Assembly (NCBI GenBank): GCA_028826165.1
Contig: JAPDFW010000064.1
Span: 310,001 to 374,000 of the forward strand
DNA: 64,000 bases
DNA from: Anaeramoeba ignava BMAN
Lineage: Eukaryota; Protista; Anaeramoebae
Reading direction: 5' to 3'
Both the position numbers and the translations under genes were made by a program. Below, in pieces: positions 13,613-26,149 of this stretch; the first letter of the stretch is position 1, and each line of letters opens with the position of its first letter. The notes below the pieces were generated by a model. That model ran no database searches. It was not told the DNA's origin and was given only the letters and a program-made list of their open reading frames with translations.

Positions 13613-14488
13613 TCAAAATCGATGAAATCTTTTTTTGAAAGAATTTCTTTTTGGTCTTTTAACGAAATCATCTTTAACAGGCCCAAATTTCTCAATTCTT
13701 TTTTTAACAGTTGGGTCATTTTTATCAATTTTTGTAGAAATTATTTTATCAAGTTGAATTATTTTTTTTTCTGGTTTTTTTAAAGAATTTTCTTCTTCTT
13801 TTTCTTCTTTTTCTTCTTTTTTTTCTTCTTTGTTATTTTGAGATTGATAATTTGGTCGTGGTGGAAGTTCTGTTATATTTTTAACTGGAATCCCAAATCT
13901 TAATGCTCTTTTTTGAATTTCTACTGAAGATCCTAAAATTTTTTGAATTTTTTGAGTTTTTTTTTCAAGTCCAATTTTTTCTCGAATTGTTTGTTTAATT
14001 GTTTGTGTTTGAAATCTTTTTGCTCGTTGTTCTTTTTTAAATTCTTCTAAAACTGAATTTTTTTGGTTTGTTTCTCCAAATTTTTGAATTCTTAATAAAT
14101 GACGTTTAAGAATATCTTTTGGTTTATCTAAAATGACAACTTTTGGGTTTTTTAACGTATTTTGATTATTTTCATTTTCATTTTTTAATTCATTTTCATT
14201 TTCATCTTTATTTTCATTTTCATTTTCATTTTCATTTTCATTTTCATTTTCATTTTCATTTTCATTTTCATTTTCATTTTCATTTTCATTTTCATTTTCA
14301 GTTTTTAATTCATTTTCAGTTTTTAATTCTTTTTCAGTTTTTAATTCTTTTTCATCTTTTTTAAGTTTAAATTCAATCGGTTTTGGTTTTGATTTTTCTT
14401 TTGGTTTTTGAAGTGATTCTTCCATTTGTTGAATTTCTTGTCTAAGTGCATCAATTTTTGCTGAATTTATTGATTCAAAATCTGTCAT
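13613..14488 (-). CDS. SARNP/Tho1/MOS11-like mRNA export factor
   Basis: Repeated RxxRFG-type motifs (RIQKFG, RAKRF, KRALRFG, KKRIEKFG) typical of Tho1_MOS11_C. Contains an NE tract. No SAP domain seen. Confidence 0.6.
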   Translation of the reverse strand: MTDFESINSAKIDALRQEIQQMEESLQKPKEKSKPKPIEFKLKKDEKELKTEKELKTENELKTENENENENENENENENENENENENENENENKDENENELKNENENNQNTLKNPKVVILDKPKDILKRHLLRIQKFGETNQKNSVLEEFKKEQRAKRFQTQTIKQTIREKIGLEKKTQKIQKILGSSVEIQKRALRFGIPVKNITELPPRPNYQSQNNKEEKKEEKEEKEEENSLKKPEKKIIQLDKIISTKIDKNDPTVKKRIEKFGPVKDDFVKRPKRNSFKKRFHRF

Positions 14489-14752
14489 TTAAATTAAAAA
14501 TAATTAAAAAAATGAAAGTGAAAAAATGAAAAAATGAAAAAAAGAAAAATTAAAAATTTTTTTATTTAAGAATCAAAATTACTAATTTTTATGAATAAAA
14601 AAAAAAAAGGAGAAAAAGAAATAAAAGGAGAAAAACAAAAAAAAGAACTTTATTTTTTTTTAATTTTTTAATTTTCATTTTTTCACTTTTCACTTTCACT
14701 TTCACTTTCCGTTTTTTTTTTGTTTTTATTTTTTTTATTTTTTTTTTTAAAA
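14489..14752. promoter_or_regulatory. Putative bidirectional promoter with opposed TCA(T/C)TTT initiator-like repeats
   Basis: TGAAAAA repeats at about 14512-14540 face the SARNP-like gene; TTTCA(T/C)TTT repeats at about 14670-14706 face PPAT. Confidence 0.55.
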
Positions 14753-16599
14753 ATGTTTTCAACTGGTGTTATTCAATTAAAAGTGCCAACTCAACCATTT
14801 TTAATAATGTCACATAAACAAAATTTATATTTATTATCAACTTCAGTAAGAGTTGTTGAAGATCAATTAGTAATAATTTTAAAAGAAACGGAACAATTTT
14901 CATTGGATCTACTTCAAAAAATATTAAATTTATATTATTCTGTTATGGCTTCAGCTAATCCCAATTTAAATACATGTATTCTTCCAACACGAGATATAAA
15001 TTCAATTTTTGATTCACGTAAATTATTTTTTAAATTATTTTTTAAATTATTTTTTAAATTAATTTTTTAAATTAATTTTTTAAATTATTTTTTGACATTT
15101 TTTTATTTTTATATTTTATTTTAGTTCCTGAAATGGATGTTTTAATTAGTCAAGAAAATCTTCATCCAAGTATTATTTATTTAATTTTTTTATTTTTAAT
15201 AATCAAAAAAAAAATAATAATTTTTACATTAATTTATACTATTTTTTTTTAAAAAAAAGATTGGCATAATTTTCTTAAAAATATTAACGAAAAAAGAAAA
15301 GAATTACTTCTTAAACCAGTTCAATTTTATAAATGTAATCTAACTGAAAATTTCATTTCAATTCCTTCACAACTTGTTTCACAATGGGAAGTTGAAACAA
15401 ATGGTCAAGAATCAGAACAAGTTGATTCAAGTATTTTTTTTTTACTTTTAAAAAGAATTTTTTAAATTAAAAAAATTTTTAAAATTTTGTTTTGTTTTTT
15501 TTTTTTGAAGATATTCCAACATTTGATTCTGTTTGTCTTGGAGGAACTTTTGATAGACTTCATTCCGGACATCGTGCTTTATTAACAATTGCTGCTTTAA
15601 TTACGAGAAGGAGACTTTTAGTTGGGGTTACAAGTAAAAAAAAAATTTCATTTTTTAAAAAAATTTTCAATTAAAATTATTTTGCTTTTTTTTTTTTTTC
15701 TTTTTTAAGGTGGAAAATTTCTTCTTGGAAATAAATTACATGCTAATATGATTCAATCATATCAATCTCGTGTTCATTCAGTTGTTCAATTCTTAAATTT
15801 AGTTAAACCTTCATTAAAAATTGATGTAAATTTATCAAATAATTTTATAAATAATTTTATAAATAATTTTATAAATAATTTTATAAATAATTTAATAAAT
15901 AATTTTATATTTAATTTTATAATTAATTTTATAAATAATTTTATAAATAATTTTATAAATAATTTTATAAATAATTTTATAAATAATTTTATAATTAATT
16001 TTATATAATTTTATATTTAATTTTATAAATAATTTTATAAATAATTTAATAAATAATTTTATAAATAATTTAATAAATAATTTTATAAATAATTTAATAA
16101 ATAATTTTATAAATAATTTTATAAATAATTTTATAATTAATTTTATAAATAATTTTATAATTAATTTTATAAATAATTTTATATTTAATTTTATATATAA
16201 TTTATAAATAATTTAATAAATAATTTTATAAATAATTTAATAAATAATTTTATATTTAATTTTATAAATTAGGTTATTCGATTAACAGATCCATTTGGAG
16301 AAGCTAAAACAGATCCAGATTTAGAAGCAATTGTTGTTAGTCATGAAACCCTTAAAGGAAGTCAAAAATTAAATGAAATGAGAATAACAGGAAATTTAAA
16401 ACCATTAGAAATTGTAGTTATTGATTATGTTAAAGGATTAGCTTATGTTGGTTGTGAAGATTTCAAATTAAGTTCTTCTTCTCTTCGTCATAAAGAATGG
16501 CTAAGCAAAAATACAACTACAAATACAACTACAACTACAAATACAACTTCAAATACAAATACAAATACAAATACAAATACAAATACAAATAAAAATTGA
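14753..16599 (+). CDS. Phosphopantetheine adenylyltransferase (Cab4/COASY PPAT-type)
   Basis: [11 protein letters not shown] (HxGH), [21 protein letters not shown]. Introns about 15018-15125, 15170-15259, 15431-15510, 15634-15709, 15826-16272. Confidence 0.9.
15835..16268. repeat. Intronic 12-nt satellite (ATAAATAATTTT)n
   Basis: Tandem repeat filling PPAT intron 5. Confidence 0.9.
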
Positions 16600-17015
16600 C
16601 ATTGAAAATGATCTTATAAATACAAATACAAATATAATTATAAATACAAATATAATTACAAATATAATTACAATTACAATTTAAAATTGACATTGAAAAT
16701 AAATTTCAGGCAATTCTTTATCTAAAAAATGATTAGTTCAAAAAAAAAAGGGAAAATTATTCTTTTTTTTTTCCTTTTTTTTTTCTTTTTGATCTTTACA
16801 AATTCTTTTCTATTTACTTTTCTATTTACTTTTCTATTTACTTACTTATTGCAAATAATTAAAAATATTTTTTTTTTTAATTTAATTTTTTTTTTTATTT
16901 TTGGGGCATACTTCTAAATATAAAAGAAAAAAAAAATTTTTATTGATCATTTTTTTCATTTTTTTCATTTTATTTTTTCTTTTTTTTTTAATAATATTTT
17001 TATTTAATTTTATAA

Positions 17016-19147
17016 ATGGGAAAAGATTATTATCAAATTTTAGGAGTTTCAAAAAATGCAACAGATGATGAAATTAAGTCAGCTTATAGAAAGTAAGTCA
17101 AATAAAAATAAAAAATTTAAATTTAAAATTAAATTAAAAATTTTTTCTATTTTTTGGATAATAAATTTAAAATAGATTAGCAATGAAATGGCATCCTGAT
17201 AGGAATCCAAAAAATAAAGAAGAAGCTGAAAAAATGTTTAAAGAAATTGGAGAAGCATATGATGTTTTAAAAGACCGTAAGTAATTTAATAAGTAATTTA
17301 ATAATAATTTTAATAGCAATTTTAATAATAAATTTAATAACAATTTTAATAACAATTTTAATAATAATTTTAATAATAATTTTAATAATAAATTTAATAA
17401 CAATTTTAATAATAATTTTAATAATAATTTTAATAATAATTTTAATAATAAATTTAATAATAATTTTAATAATAATTTTAATAACAATTTTAATAATAAT
17501 TTTAATAATAATTTTAATAATAAATTTAATAATAAATTTAATAATAAATTTAATAATAAATTTAATAATAAATTTAATAATAAATTTAATAATAAATTTA
17601 ATAATAAATTTAATAATAAATTTAATAACAAATTTAATAATAAATTTAATAATAAATTTAATAATAAATTTAATAATAAATTTAATAATAAATTTAATAA
17701 TAAATTTAATAATAAATTTAATAATAAATTTAATAATAAATTTAATAATAAATTTAATAATAAATTTAATAATAAATTTAATAATAAATTTAATAATAAA
17801 TTTAATAATAAATTTAATAATAAATTTAATAATAAATTTAATAATAAATTTAATAATAATTTTAATAACAATTTTAATAATAATTTTAATAATAAATTTA
17901 ATAATAATTTTAATAATCAATTTAATAATCATTTTAATAATAAATTTAATAATAAATTTAATAACAATTTTAATAATAATTTTAATAATAATTTTAATAA
18001 TAATTTTAATAATAATTTTAATAATAATTTTAATAATCATTTTAATAATAATTTTAATAATAAATTTAATAATAAATTTAATAATAATTTTAATAATAAA
18101 TTTAATAATAATTTTAATAACAATTTAATAATAATTTTAATAATAAATTTGTAAATAATAATTTTAATAATAATTTTAATAATAAATTAAATAATAATTT
18201 TAATAATAAATTTAATAATAAATTTAATAATAAATTTAATAATAATTTTGATAATAATTTATTTATAATTTATTTATAATTTATTTATAATTTATTTATA
18301 ATTTATTTATAATTTATTTATAATTATTGATTTAAACAGCTGAAAAAAGAAAAGTATTTGATCAATTTGGAGAAGAAGGACTTAAATCAGGAGGAATGCC
18401 AGGAGGAGGATACACATTTACATCGAACGGATTTGACATTTTCAATCAATTTTTCCAAGATTTTGGATTTGGAGATGAAGGAGGAGATTCATTTTTCTCA
18501 TTTTTTGGAGGAGGAAGACCAAGAGGACCAAAAAAACCACGAGCAAAAGAATATCAGTTACCAGTTACACTAGAAGAACTTTACAGTGGAACAACAAAGA
18601 AAATGAAAATCACTCGCGAAGTCAACGATGGCATATCAACAAGACAAGAAGAAGAAATCCTTGTTCTTAATATCAAGTCTGGTTGGAAGGAGGGCACAAG
18701 AATGACTTACCCTAATAAGGGAAATGTTATGCCTGGTGTTGATCCTGCTGATGTTGTTTTTGTTATTATGCAAAAATCTCATAATATTTTCCAAAGAAAT
18801 GGTGATGATTTGCATGTTAAACAAAATGTTCCTCTTCATAAAGCTTTAACTGATTTTTCTTTTGAAATTGTTCAATTAGATGGAAAGAAAATTAAATTGT
18901 CTTTTGATTCAACAACTCATGTTATAAAACCTGGTCCTTTTGTAATTTATGGAAAAGGTAAGTTTAATTAATATTTATTTTAATATTTATTTTAATATTT
19001 ATTTATATATTTATTTATATATTTATTTTAGGAATGCCAAATTCAAAAACTGGTCGACGTGGTGATTTGGTTATTGATTTTACAATTATTTTTCCTACTA
19101 CAATTAATCCTGATGTTAAAGAACAAATTAAAAATTTAAAGTTTTAA
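17016..19147 (+). CDS. Class II DnaJ (DNAJB/Sis1-like) co-chaperone
   Basis: [11 protein letters not shown]...WHPD J-domain, G/F region, LEELYSG, GWKEGT, GMP...GDL. Introns about 17093-17174, 17277-18339, 18958-19031. Confidence 0.93.
17283..18325. repeat. Intronic 12-nt satellite (TTTAATAATAAA)n
   Basis: Highly regular tandem repeat in DnaJ intron 2. Confidence 0.92.
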
Positions 19148-19299
19148 AAAACTTCTTTAAATTTAAATTCCACTTTTTTTTTCTTTTTTTTTTTGTTTCC
19201 ATAAAACAAAAATAAATTTCAAAATAAAAATAAAATTAAAATTTTTTCTTTTGGAAAACTTCATTTTTCTTTTAATTTTTTCTTTTGATTTTGAAATTC

Positions 19300-19660
19300 A
19301 AAATGAAAAGAAATTGAAAAAGAAATTGAAATGAAAATTAAATTGAAAATTGAATTGAATTGAATTGAAAATTGAATTGAAAATTGAATTGAATTGAATT
19401 GAAAATTGAAATGAAAATTGAATTGAATTGAAATGAAAATTGAATTGAATTGAATTGAAAATTGAATTGAAAATTGAATTGAAAATTGAATTGAAAATTG
19501 AATTGAAAATTGAAATGAAAATTGAATTGAATTGAATTGAAAATTGAATTGAAAATTGAATTGAAAATTGAATTGAAAATTGAAAAAGAAATTGAAATTG
19601 AAATGAAAATTGAAAATTGAATTGAATTGAAATGAAAATTGAATTGAATTGAAATGAAAA
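19300..19660. repeat. (AATTG/AAAATTG)n intergenic satellite between convergent genes
   Basis: Direct tandem repeat. Confidence 0.85.
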
Positions 19661-22600
19661 TTAATTATTGAATTGAGAGTGAAATTGTTGTGCTTTTTGA
19701 TCTCTTGCTTGTTGTTCCAATTCCAAAATCTTTCTTGAAGCTCTTAAGACTTTATACCATTCAGTAAAGTCATTTGTATCTTTAATAGAAAAGACAATGT
19801 TTCCTTTTGAAGTTCGAATTTCCAAACAATTTGGTTTTTTAGTAGATTTACTATCAAGACGAATAACACGAGCTTCATCCATTGCAATCATATATTCAGG
19901 AGAAACAGACTAAAAAAAATTATTAAATTATTAAATTAAATTAAATTAAATTATTTTTGATTTGATTTAAATTAAATTGAAATATTTTTGATTTAAATTG
20001 AATTAAATTGATTTGAATTAAATTAAATTGAAATATTTTTGATTTAAATTAAATTAAATTATTGAATTAAATGATTTGAATTAAATTAAAATATTTTTGA
20101 TTTAAATTAAATTAAATTATTGAATTAAATGATTTGAATTAAATTAAATTGAAATATTTTTGATTTAAATTGAATTAAATTGAAATATTTTTGATTTAAA
20201 TTGAATTAAATTGAAATATTTTTGATTTAAATTAAATTAAATTGAAATATTTTTGATTTAAATTAAATTATTGAATTAAATTGAACTGAAATATTTTTGA
20301 ATTAAATTAAATTGAATTGAATTGAATTGAATTAAATTAAATTAAATTGAAATATTTTTGATTTAAAATGAATTAAATTAAATTGAAATATTATTGATTT
20401 AAATTAAATTAAATTGAAATATTTTTGAAATCAACTTACACCTTGATCACTGTAGATGAAAATCTGACCATTTTTGTAAAGCATCCATTTTTTACTCCAT
20501 TTATTCTTTGACAACATGGATTCACCTTCTTCACGCAATTCGATCCAACCGTTACGGTCTTTCTTTGAAAGACTAGTACCCACATAAGAAAGCATCATTT
20601 CTCTTTCTCTTTCTGCACCCATCAAGACTCTATCGCGATCAAGCTTAGCACGAGACAAGGCAATATTTCTTGCCTCGACTTCTCTCTTAAGCCTTTCTTG
20701 GAGTGAACCAGTTCCGCCAAGAAGCTGGTCAATATCACTTTCTAAAAGCCTGAGTTTTTCCTTCAAACCTTCGATATGCTGCTGAAGAAGCTCAATCTCG
20801 GCCTGACTTTCATTGGCAATCATAATCTTCTCTTGATCTGTCTGCGCGATTTGCGCTTCCAGTTCGTGATATCTTTCTTCTAGTGAAGTTCGATCAATCA
20901 TAATTTGTGTCAAGATTTCTTCCACTTGTTGTTTCTTTCCTTGCAAGTTCTGCTCAAGTTCGGATGTTGTTTGGATAAGGATTTCCTTCTCCTTCTCAAA
21001 ATTAGCCGTTTCTTGTTCTGCTTGTTGTTGTTCTGCGCTGAATTCCTCCTGCATTTTGGCTAAGACTTCAATCAGCGCTTCTTGATCTGTTTTGGATTTC
21101 TCAAGCTCTCCTCTCAGATCCTCAAGTGTTGATGTTAGCGCTGTTGTGTTCGCAAAATCGGTTTGTTTAACCTGTTCAATTTCGTTTTCTAAAATGGCGT
21201 TTTTTTCCAGTAAATGATCTCGAACTCCGGAAAGTTGAATTTTTTCCTTTTCGAATTCTTCTTCGACTTTGTTGATTTCTAGCACTGAGTCTTGCAGATC
21301 CCTTTCATATTCGCCTTTTGTATATGTCAACCGTTCTTTGCGTCCTTCTAATTCTGACAGCTCTGTTAAAAGACTCTCATGTTCCGTTGCAAGATGTTGT
21401 TGTGTTGATCTTGCGTGCTGTTTCAATGTTGCGATTTCTTTTTCTATTGCTGTTAATTCGGAGTTCAAATCCTTTTTAGCTGTAAGTAGTTTTTCATTAG
21501 TCATTTTTCGTGCCTTTTCTGCATTCAATCGATCTCTTTCTGCTTTTTGTAATTGTTGGGCTAATGTTTGATTCGATCGTGATAATGATTCAATTTCTAA
21601 ATTGGATTTATCTTGAATTCCTTCTTTTTCCATATTTACTTTTTCGATTGATGATTGCAATGTTGTTAATCGATCTGAAACCATTTCTTGGATTCCCTTT
21701 GTGATTAAAATCATTCCTTTTTTAATTTTAATTTTAATTTTGATTTTAATTTCAATTTTAATTTTAATTTTATAATTTTAATTTTAATTTTAATTTTTAA
21801 TTTAAATTTAAATTTTAATTTTAATTTTAATTTTAATTTTATAAATTTTAATTTTAATTTTAATTTTTATTTTTATTTGCTTACTTTCTGTAGAATCTGT
21901 TGGCATCTTGTTTCGTGATGTTCCAATCTTTTCAACTCCAATTTTCGACATCCCTGTAAGTTCTGCTGTTGGTTGCATTCTCATCATTTCTCGATTTTGA
22001 TTTTGTCCCATTCTTTGTCTATCAGGCCGAGTTGTTTCTTTTGCAAAATTGAGATCATTTTCATAGTTTCTGTTTTGTCCTCTTTCATTTCCAAAATCAG
22101 GTCTTTCAAGCTCAGCCATCATAAGATTTCCTGATTGGTTTCCATATCCATCTCTACCTCCTCTCATTCCATCTTTTCCAAATCCATCTTTATCTAATCC
22201 ATCTCTACCTTGATTTCTTCCAGACATTCCATCTCTTCCATATTTATCATTTCCATCTCTTCCAAATCCATCTTTATCTAATCCATCTCTTCCTTGATTT
22301 CTTCCAGACATTCCATCTCTTCCATACTTATCGTTTCCATCTCTTCCAAATCCATCTTTATCTAATCCATCTCTTCCTTGATTTCTTCCAGACATTCCAT
22401 CTTTTCCATACTTATCGTTTCCATCTCTTCCAAATCCATCTTTATCTAATCCATCTCTTCCTTGGTTTCTTCCAGACATTCCATCTTTTCCATATTTATC
22501 GTTTCCATCTCTTCCAAATCCATCTTTATCTAATCCATCTCTTCCTTGATTTCTTCCAGACATTCCATCTTTACCTCCTCTCATTCCATCTCTTCCAAAT

Positions 22601-25191
22601 CCATCTTTATCTAATCCATCTCTATCTTGATTTCTTCCAGACATTCCATCTCTTCCATATTTATCATTTCCATCTCTTCCAAATCCATCTTTATCTAATC
22701 CATCTCTTCCTTGATTTCTTCCAGACATTCCATCTCTTCCATATTTATCATTTCCATCTCTTCCAAATCCATCTTTATCTAATCCATCTCTTCCTTGATT
22801 TCTTCCAGACATTCCATCTTTTCCATATTTATCATTTCCATCTCTTCCAAATCCATCTTTATCTAATCCATCTCTTCCTTGATTTCTTCCAGACATTCCA
22901 TCTTTACCTCCTCTCATTCCATCTCTTCCAAATCCATCTTTATCTAATCCATCTCTTCCTTGATTTCTTCCAGACATTCCATCTCTTCCATATTTATCGT
23001 TTCCATCTCTTCCAAATCCATCTTTATCTAATCCATCTCTTCCTTGATTTCTTCCAGACATTCCATCTCTTCCATATTTATCATTTCCATCTCTTCCAAA
23101 TCCATCTTTATCTAATCCATCTCTTCCTTGATTTCTTCCAGACATTCCATCTCTACCTCCTCTCATTCCATCTCTTCCAAATCCATCTTTATCTAATCCA
23201 TCTCTTCCTTGGTTTCTTCCAGACATTCCATCTCTTCCATATAAATCAGTTGAAATAGGATCAATATATTTACCCATGATTGATTCTAAACGTTTTTGAA
23301 GATCTATATCATCAGCTTGTCCAAGAATTCTTGATTCCATTGTTCGAAGTTGATTTTCTAATTTTTCATTCTCTGTTCTTTCTTTTTCCAACTAAAAAAA
23401 ATTTTTTGTTTAAAAAAAAATTTTCAATTCTTTTAAAAAATTAATATTTAGTTACCTTTCCTTCAAGCTCTTCAAGAGTTTTATAAAGGTCTTCTTGTTC
23501 TGTATCTAATTTATTAAGTTGATCTTGGAATTTTTTCATTTGAAGTTCGAGTTCTTGTTCTCTTTTTTTTCGGGTTTCATCAAGTTCGATTGCAGGATTT
23601 GAAACAAACAATTGGGCTAAAAAGGCAGGCATTAAACGAGGATTTCCTTTTTCGATATCTTTTGCAGAAATGAATTTTCTTGCTCCCAACTAATAATTAA
23701 TAAAAAATTTAAAATTTTAAATAAAAATTTAAATTTAAATTTAAATTTAAAATTAAAATTACCTTGGCTGCTTGTTGGAGTGTTAATTCTGCTCTTCTAT
23801 ATAAATCTGGTTCTTGTAATGGACTTAAATCACAATTATTAGGATCAATCGAATGAAGTATATGCAGAAGACAGACAGAATCCTAAATATAAATATAATT
23901 ATAAATATATATTTAAATATAAATATAAATATAAATATATAATTTAAATATATATTTAAATATAATTATAAATATATATTTAAATTAATAATATTAATTT
24001 ACTTGAAGATCAGACGTGAAATTTTTAACTATACGATCGCATCCAATTTTCTTTAAATGATAATTCATCCAACTCATTAAAATCTTTTCAGGTGGAAGAT
24101 TAGCAAGGTTTGCTTCTCCATTTTTTTGACTTTTTGGTCCATATATTGGGTTTCCATCCTTATCATATCCAATAATTACTAATTCAGCATCACCAAACAA
24201 TAATGCCTGAAGTTGGTTTGCTTGCAAATTCATTTGGACTTGTTTCATTAAAGATGCTCTAACTACTTGCCAAACTAAACCAAGTGAAAGATGAACTTTT
24301 TTCTCGTAAATATCCTCAGGTCCGATATTTACAATTTTACATCCAATTTTCTTTGATGATTGAATAACAAGATTAATGTTATTTAAAACCTCGAATTTGT
24401 TAATGTTTCTTTTGGTTGTTAGTCTTTTCAAATCAATTTTATCTGGGAAGAATTTCTTGAGCAATTTACTAGAAATTTAAATAGAAATTTAAATTTAAAT
24501 ATTAATATTAATTCAATTTTTTTTATTATTTAGATACGCTAAAACAATTCCATCTGCAATTTCTGAAAACAAATCTTCTCCCTCTGTATCAATTGGAATA
24601 ATATGTGAAAGCGATTTATCTTCGGAAAGAGAGTTATTAATAAAATCAACCAAACCCTTCCTTTTCTTCATTACTGTATGTATGAGTACTTCCACTTTGT
24701 CCATATGTTTTGACTTTTTGTGCAAATTTTGCAAAAGGTGAATTAGGATCAGTTTTACCAGATTGCAAATAGTACATCATCTATTTCATATAAAAAGAAG
24801 AAAAACAAAATTAATTTAAATTAAAAAAAAAAATTTAAATTAAAAAATAAAAAAAGATTTGTTCTTACTTCAACAAATTCTGGAAATTCAACACTTTCGG
24901 ATTCATCAGTATCCACAGTTTTAATTAATTCACTAATTTGTTTTGCAGTTAAGTTCTCTCCAGCCTATTAATAATAAAATAATAATTTTAATAAAAATAA
25001 AAATAAAAATTTAAACAAAAATAAATTTAAACAAAAATTACATCAGTTAAAACTTTTTTGAATTCATCAACAGTAATAGAACCATCACCATCAAGATCAA
25101 ATCTTCTGAAATCTCTGTGTAATTCATTTAATTCAGAATCTTTAAAAAATTTAGCAGCATCTCGATTAATTAAATGTCTAAAACGAGACAT
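19661..25191 (-). CDS. Plastin/fimbrin-derived chimera: 2 EF-hands, one CH-CH actin-binding domain, 28-aa Gly/Asp repeats, coiled coil, C-terminal PH domain
   Basis: FDLDGDGSITVDEF and VDTDESESVEFPEF EF-hands. IGCKIVNIGPEDI, LGLVWQ, LPPEKILMSWMNYHL and FTSDLQDS are plastin ABD1 motifs. PH domain GWIE...WSKKW...FTEWYKVL. Eight introns; 1-nt frame break at about 24650. Confidence 0.8.
19915..20430. repeat. Intronic AATTA/AATTG-based satellite
   Basis: Fills the last intron (about 19910-20439) of the plastin-like gene. Confidence 0.8.
22140..23240 (-). repeat. ~84-nt coding tandem repeat (GRDGMSGRNQGRDGLDKDGFGRDGNDKY), about 13 units
   Basis: Near-identical units in DNA and protein, with an interspersed GRDGMRGG variant. 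Confidence 0.95.
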
Positions 25192-25355
25192 TTTAAAAAA
25201 AGTTAAAAGCAAAGAAGTAAAGAAGCTAAAAAAAAAATTAAAAAAAAAAGAAGAAAAAAATGAAAATTTATTTTTTTTTTTAAAAATTTTTTTCTTTTTT
25301 TTTTCAACTTTTTCAATTTAATTTTCCTTTTTTTTTGCATGTTTTCCTTTCTAAT

Positions 25356-25865
25356 TTAATTTTCCCATTCTTTTTCATGTTTTACTCTTGTTGATAAATT
25401 TTTTTTAAAAATTAATTTTTTTCCATAAATTGATAAAATTTCTTGATCTTTTTTAGAAGTTTTCTTTTCTTTTGGATTATAAACTAATTTTATTTGAGGT
25501 TTTTTAATTTTTGGAATTTTTGTTTGTTCTTCTTTTTTTTGTGGAATTTCTTTTATTTTTTCTTCCACTTTTTCTTCTTTTTTTTCTTCTTCTTTTTCAA
25601 TTTTAATTGGAATTTGAATTTCTTCATCAATTTTTTCTGCTTCTCCAATTTCAATTTCTTCAATTGGATCTTCTTTTTCTTCTTTAATTTCTTCCAATTC
25701 AATTTCTTCTTGTTTACTTTTTTCTTTTTTCAATTTTTCAATATTTTCAATAGATTTTTGAGCAGGATTTTTTTCAATTTGTTCAATTGAATTTGAATTT
25801 GAATTTGATTTTGAATTTGGATTTGAATTTGGAATTTCTTTAGGTTTACAACAAGATTGTCCCAT
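25356..25865 (-). CDS. Small charged protein with N-terminal dual-acylation motif (MGQSCCK)
   Basis: Intronless ORF, E/K-rich, Gly2 plus a Cys-Cys pair. Confidence 0.6.
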   Translation of the reverse strand: MGQSCCKPKEIPNSNPNSKSNSNSNSIEQIEKNPAQKSIENIEKLKKEKSKQEEIELEEIKEEKEDPIEEIEIGEAEKIDEEIQIPIKIEKEEEKKEEKVEEKIKEIPQKKEEQTKIPKIKKPQIKLVYNPKEKKTSKKDQEILSIYGKKLIFKKNLSTRVKHEKEWEN

Positions 25866-26149
25866 TTTTTTTTTAGGAATTTAAAAAAAAAAAGTGAAAG
25901 GAAAATTTATCAACAAAAAAAATAAAATGATCTTTGATCTTTTATTTTTGATCTTCTTTTAAATTCCAAAAAAACAACAAAAATCAAAATCAAAAACAAA
26001 AACAAAATCAAAATCAAAATCAAAAACAAAAACAAAAACAAAATTAAAACAACTGAAATTTCCATTTTCAAAAAAAATAAATTTTCATTTTTTTATTTTT
26101 CATTTTTATAATTAAATTCAAAATTATTCATAATTAATTATCATTTATA

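Noticed and set aside
17167-18040. Long ORFs of LLNL/IIKF repeats
   Set aside because: Antisense translations of the DnaJ intronic satellite.
22140-23240. Regular direct repeats resembling a CRISPR array
   Set aside because: No unique spacers; in-frame coding repeat in a eukaryotic gene; no cas genes.
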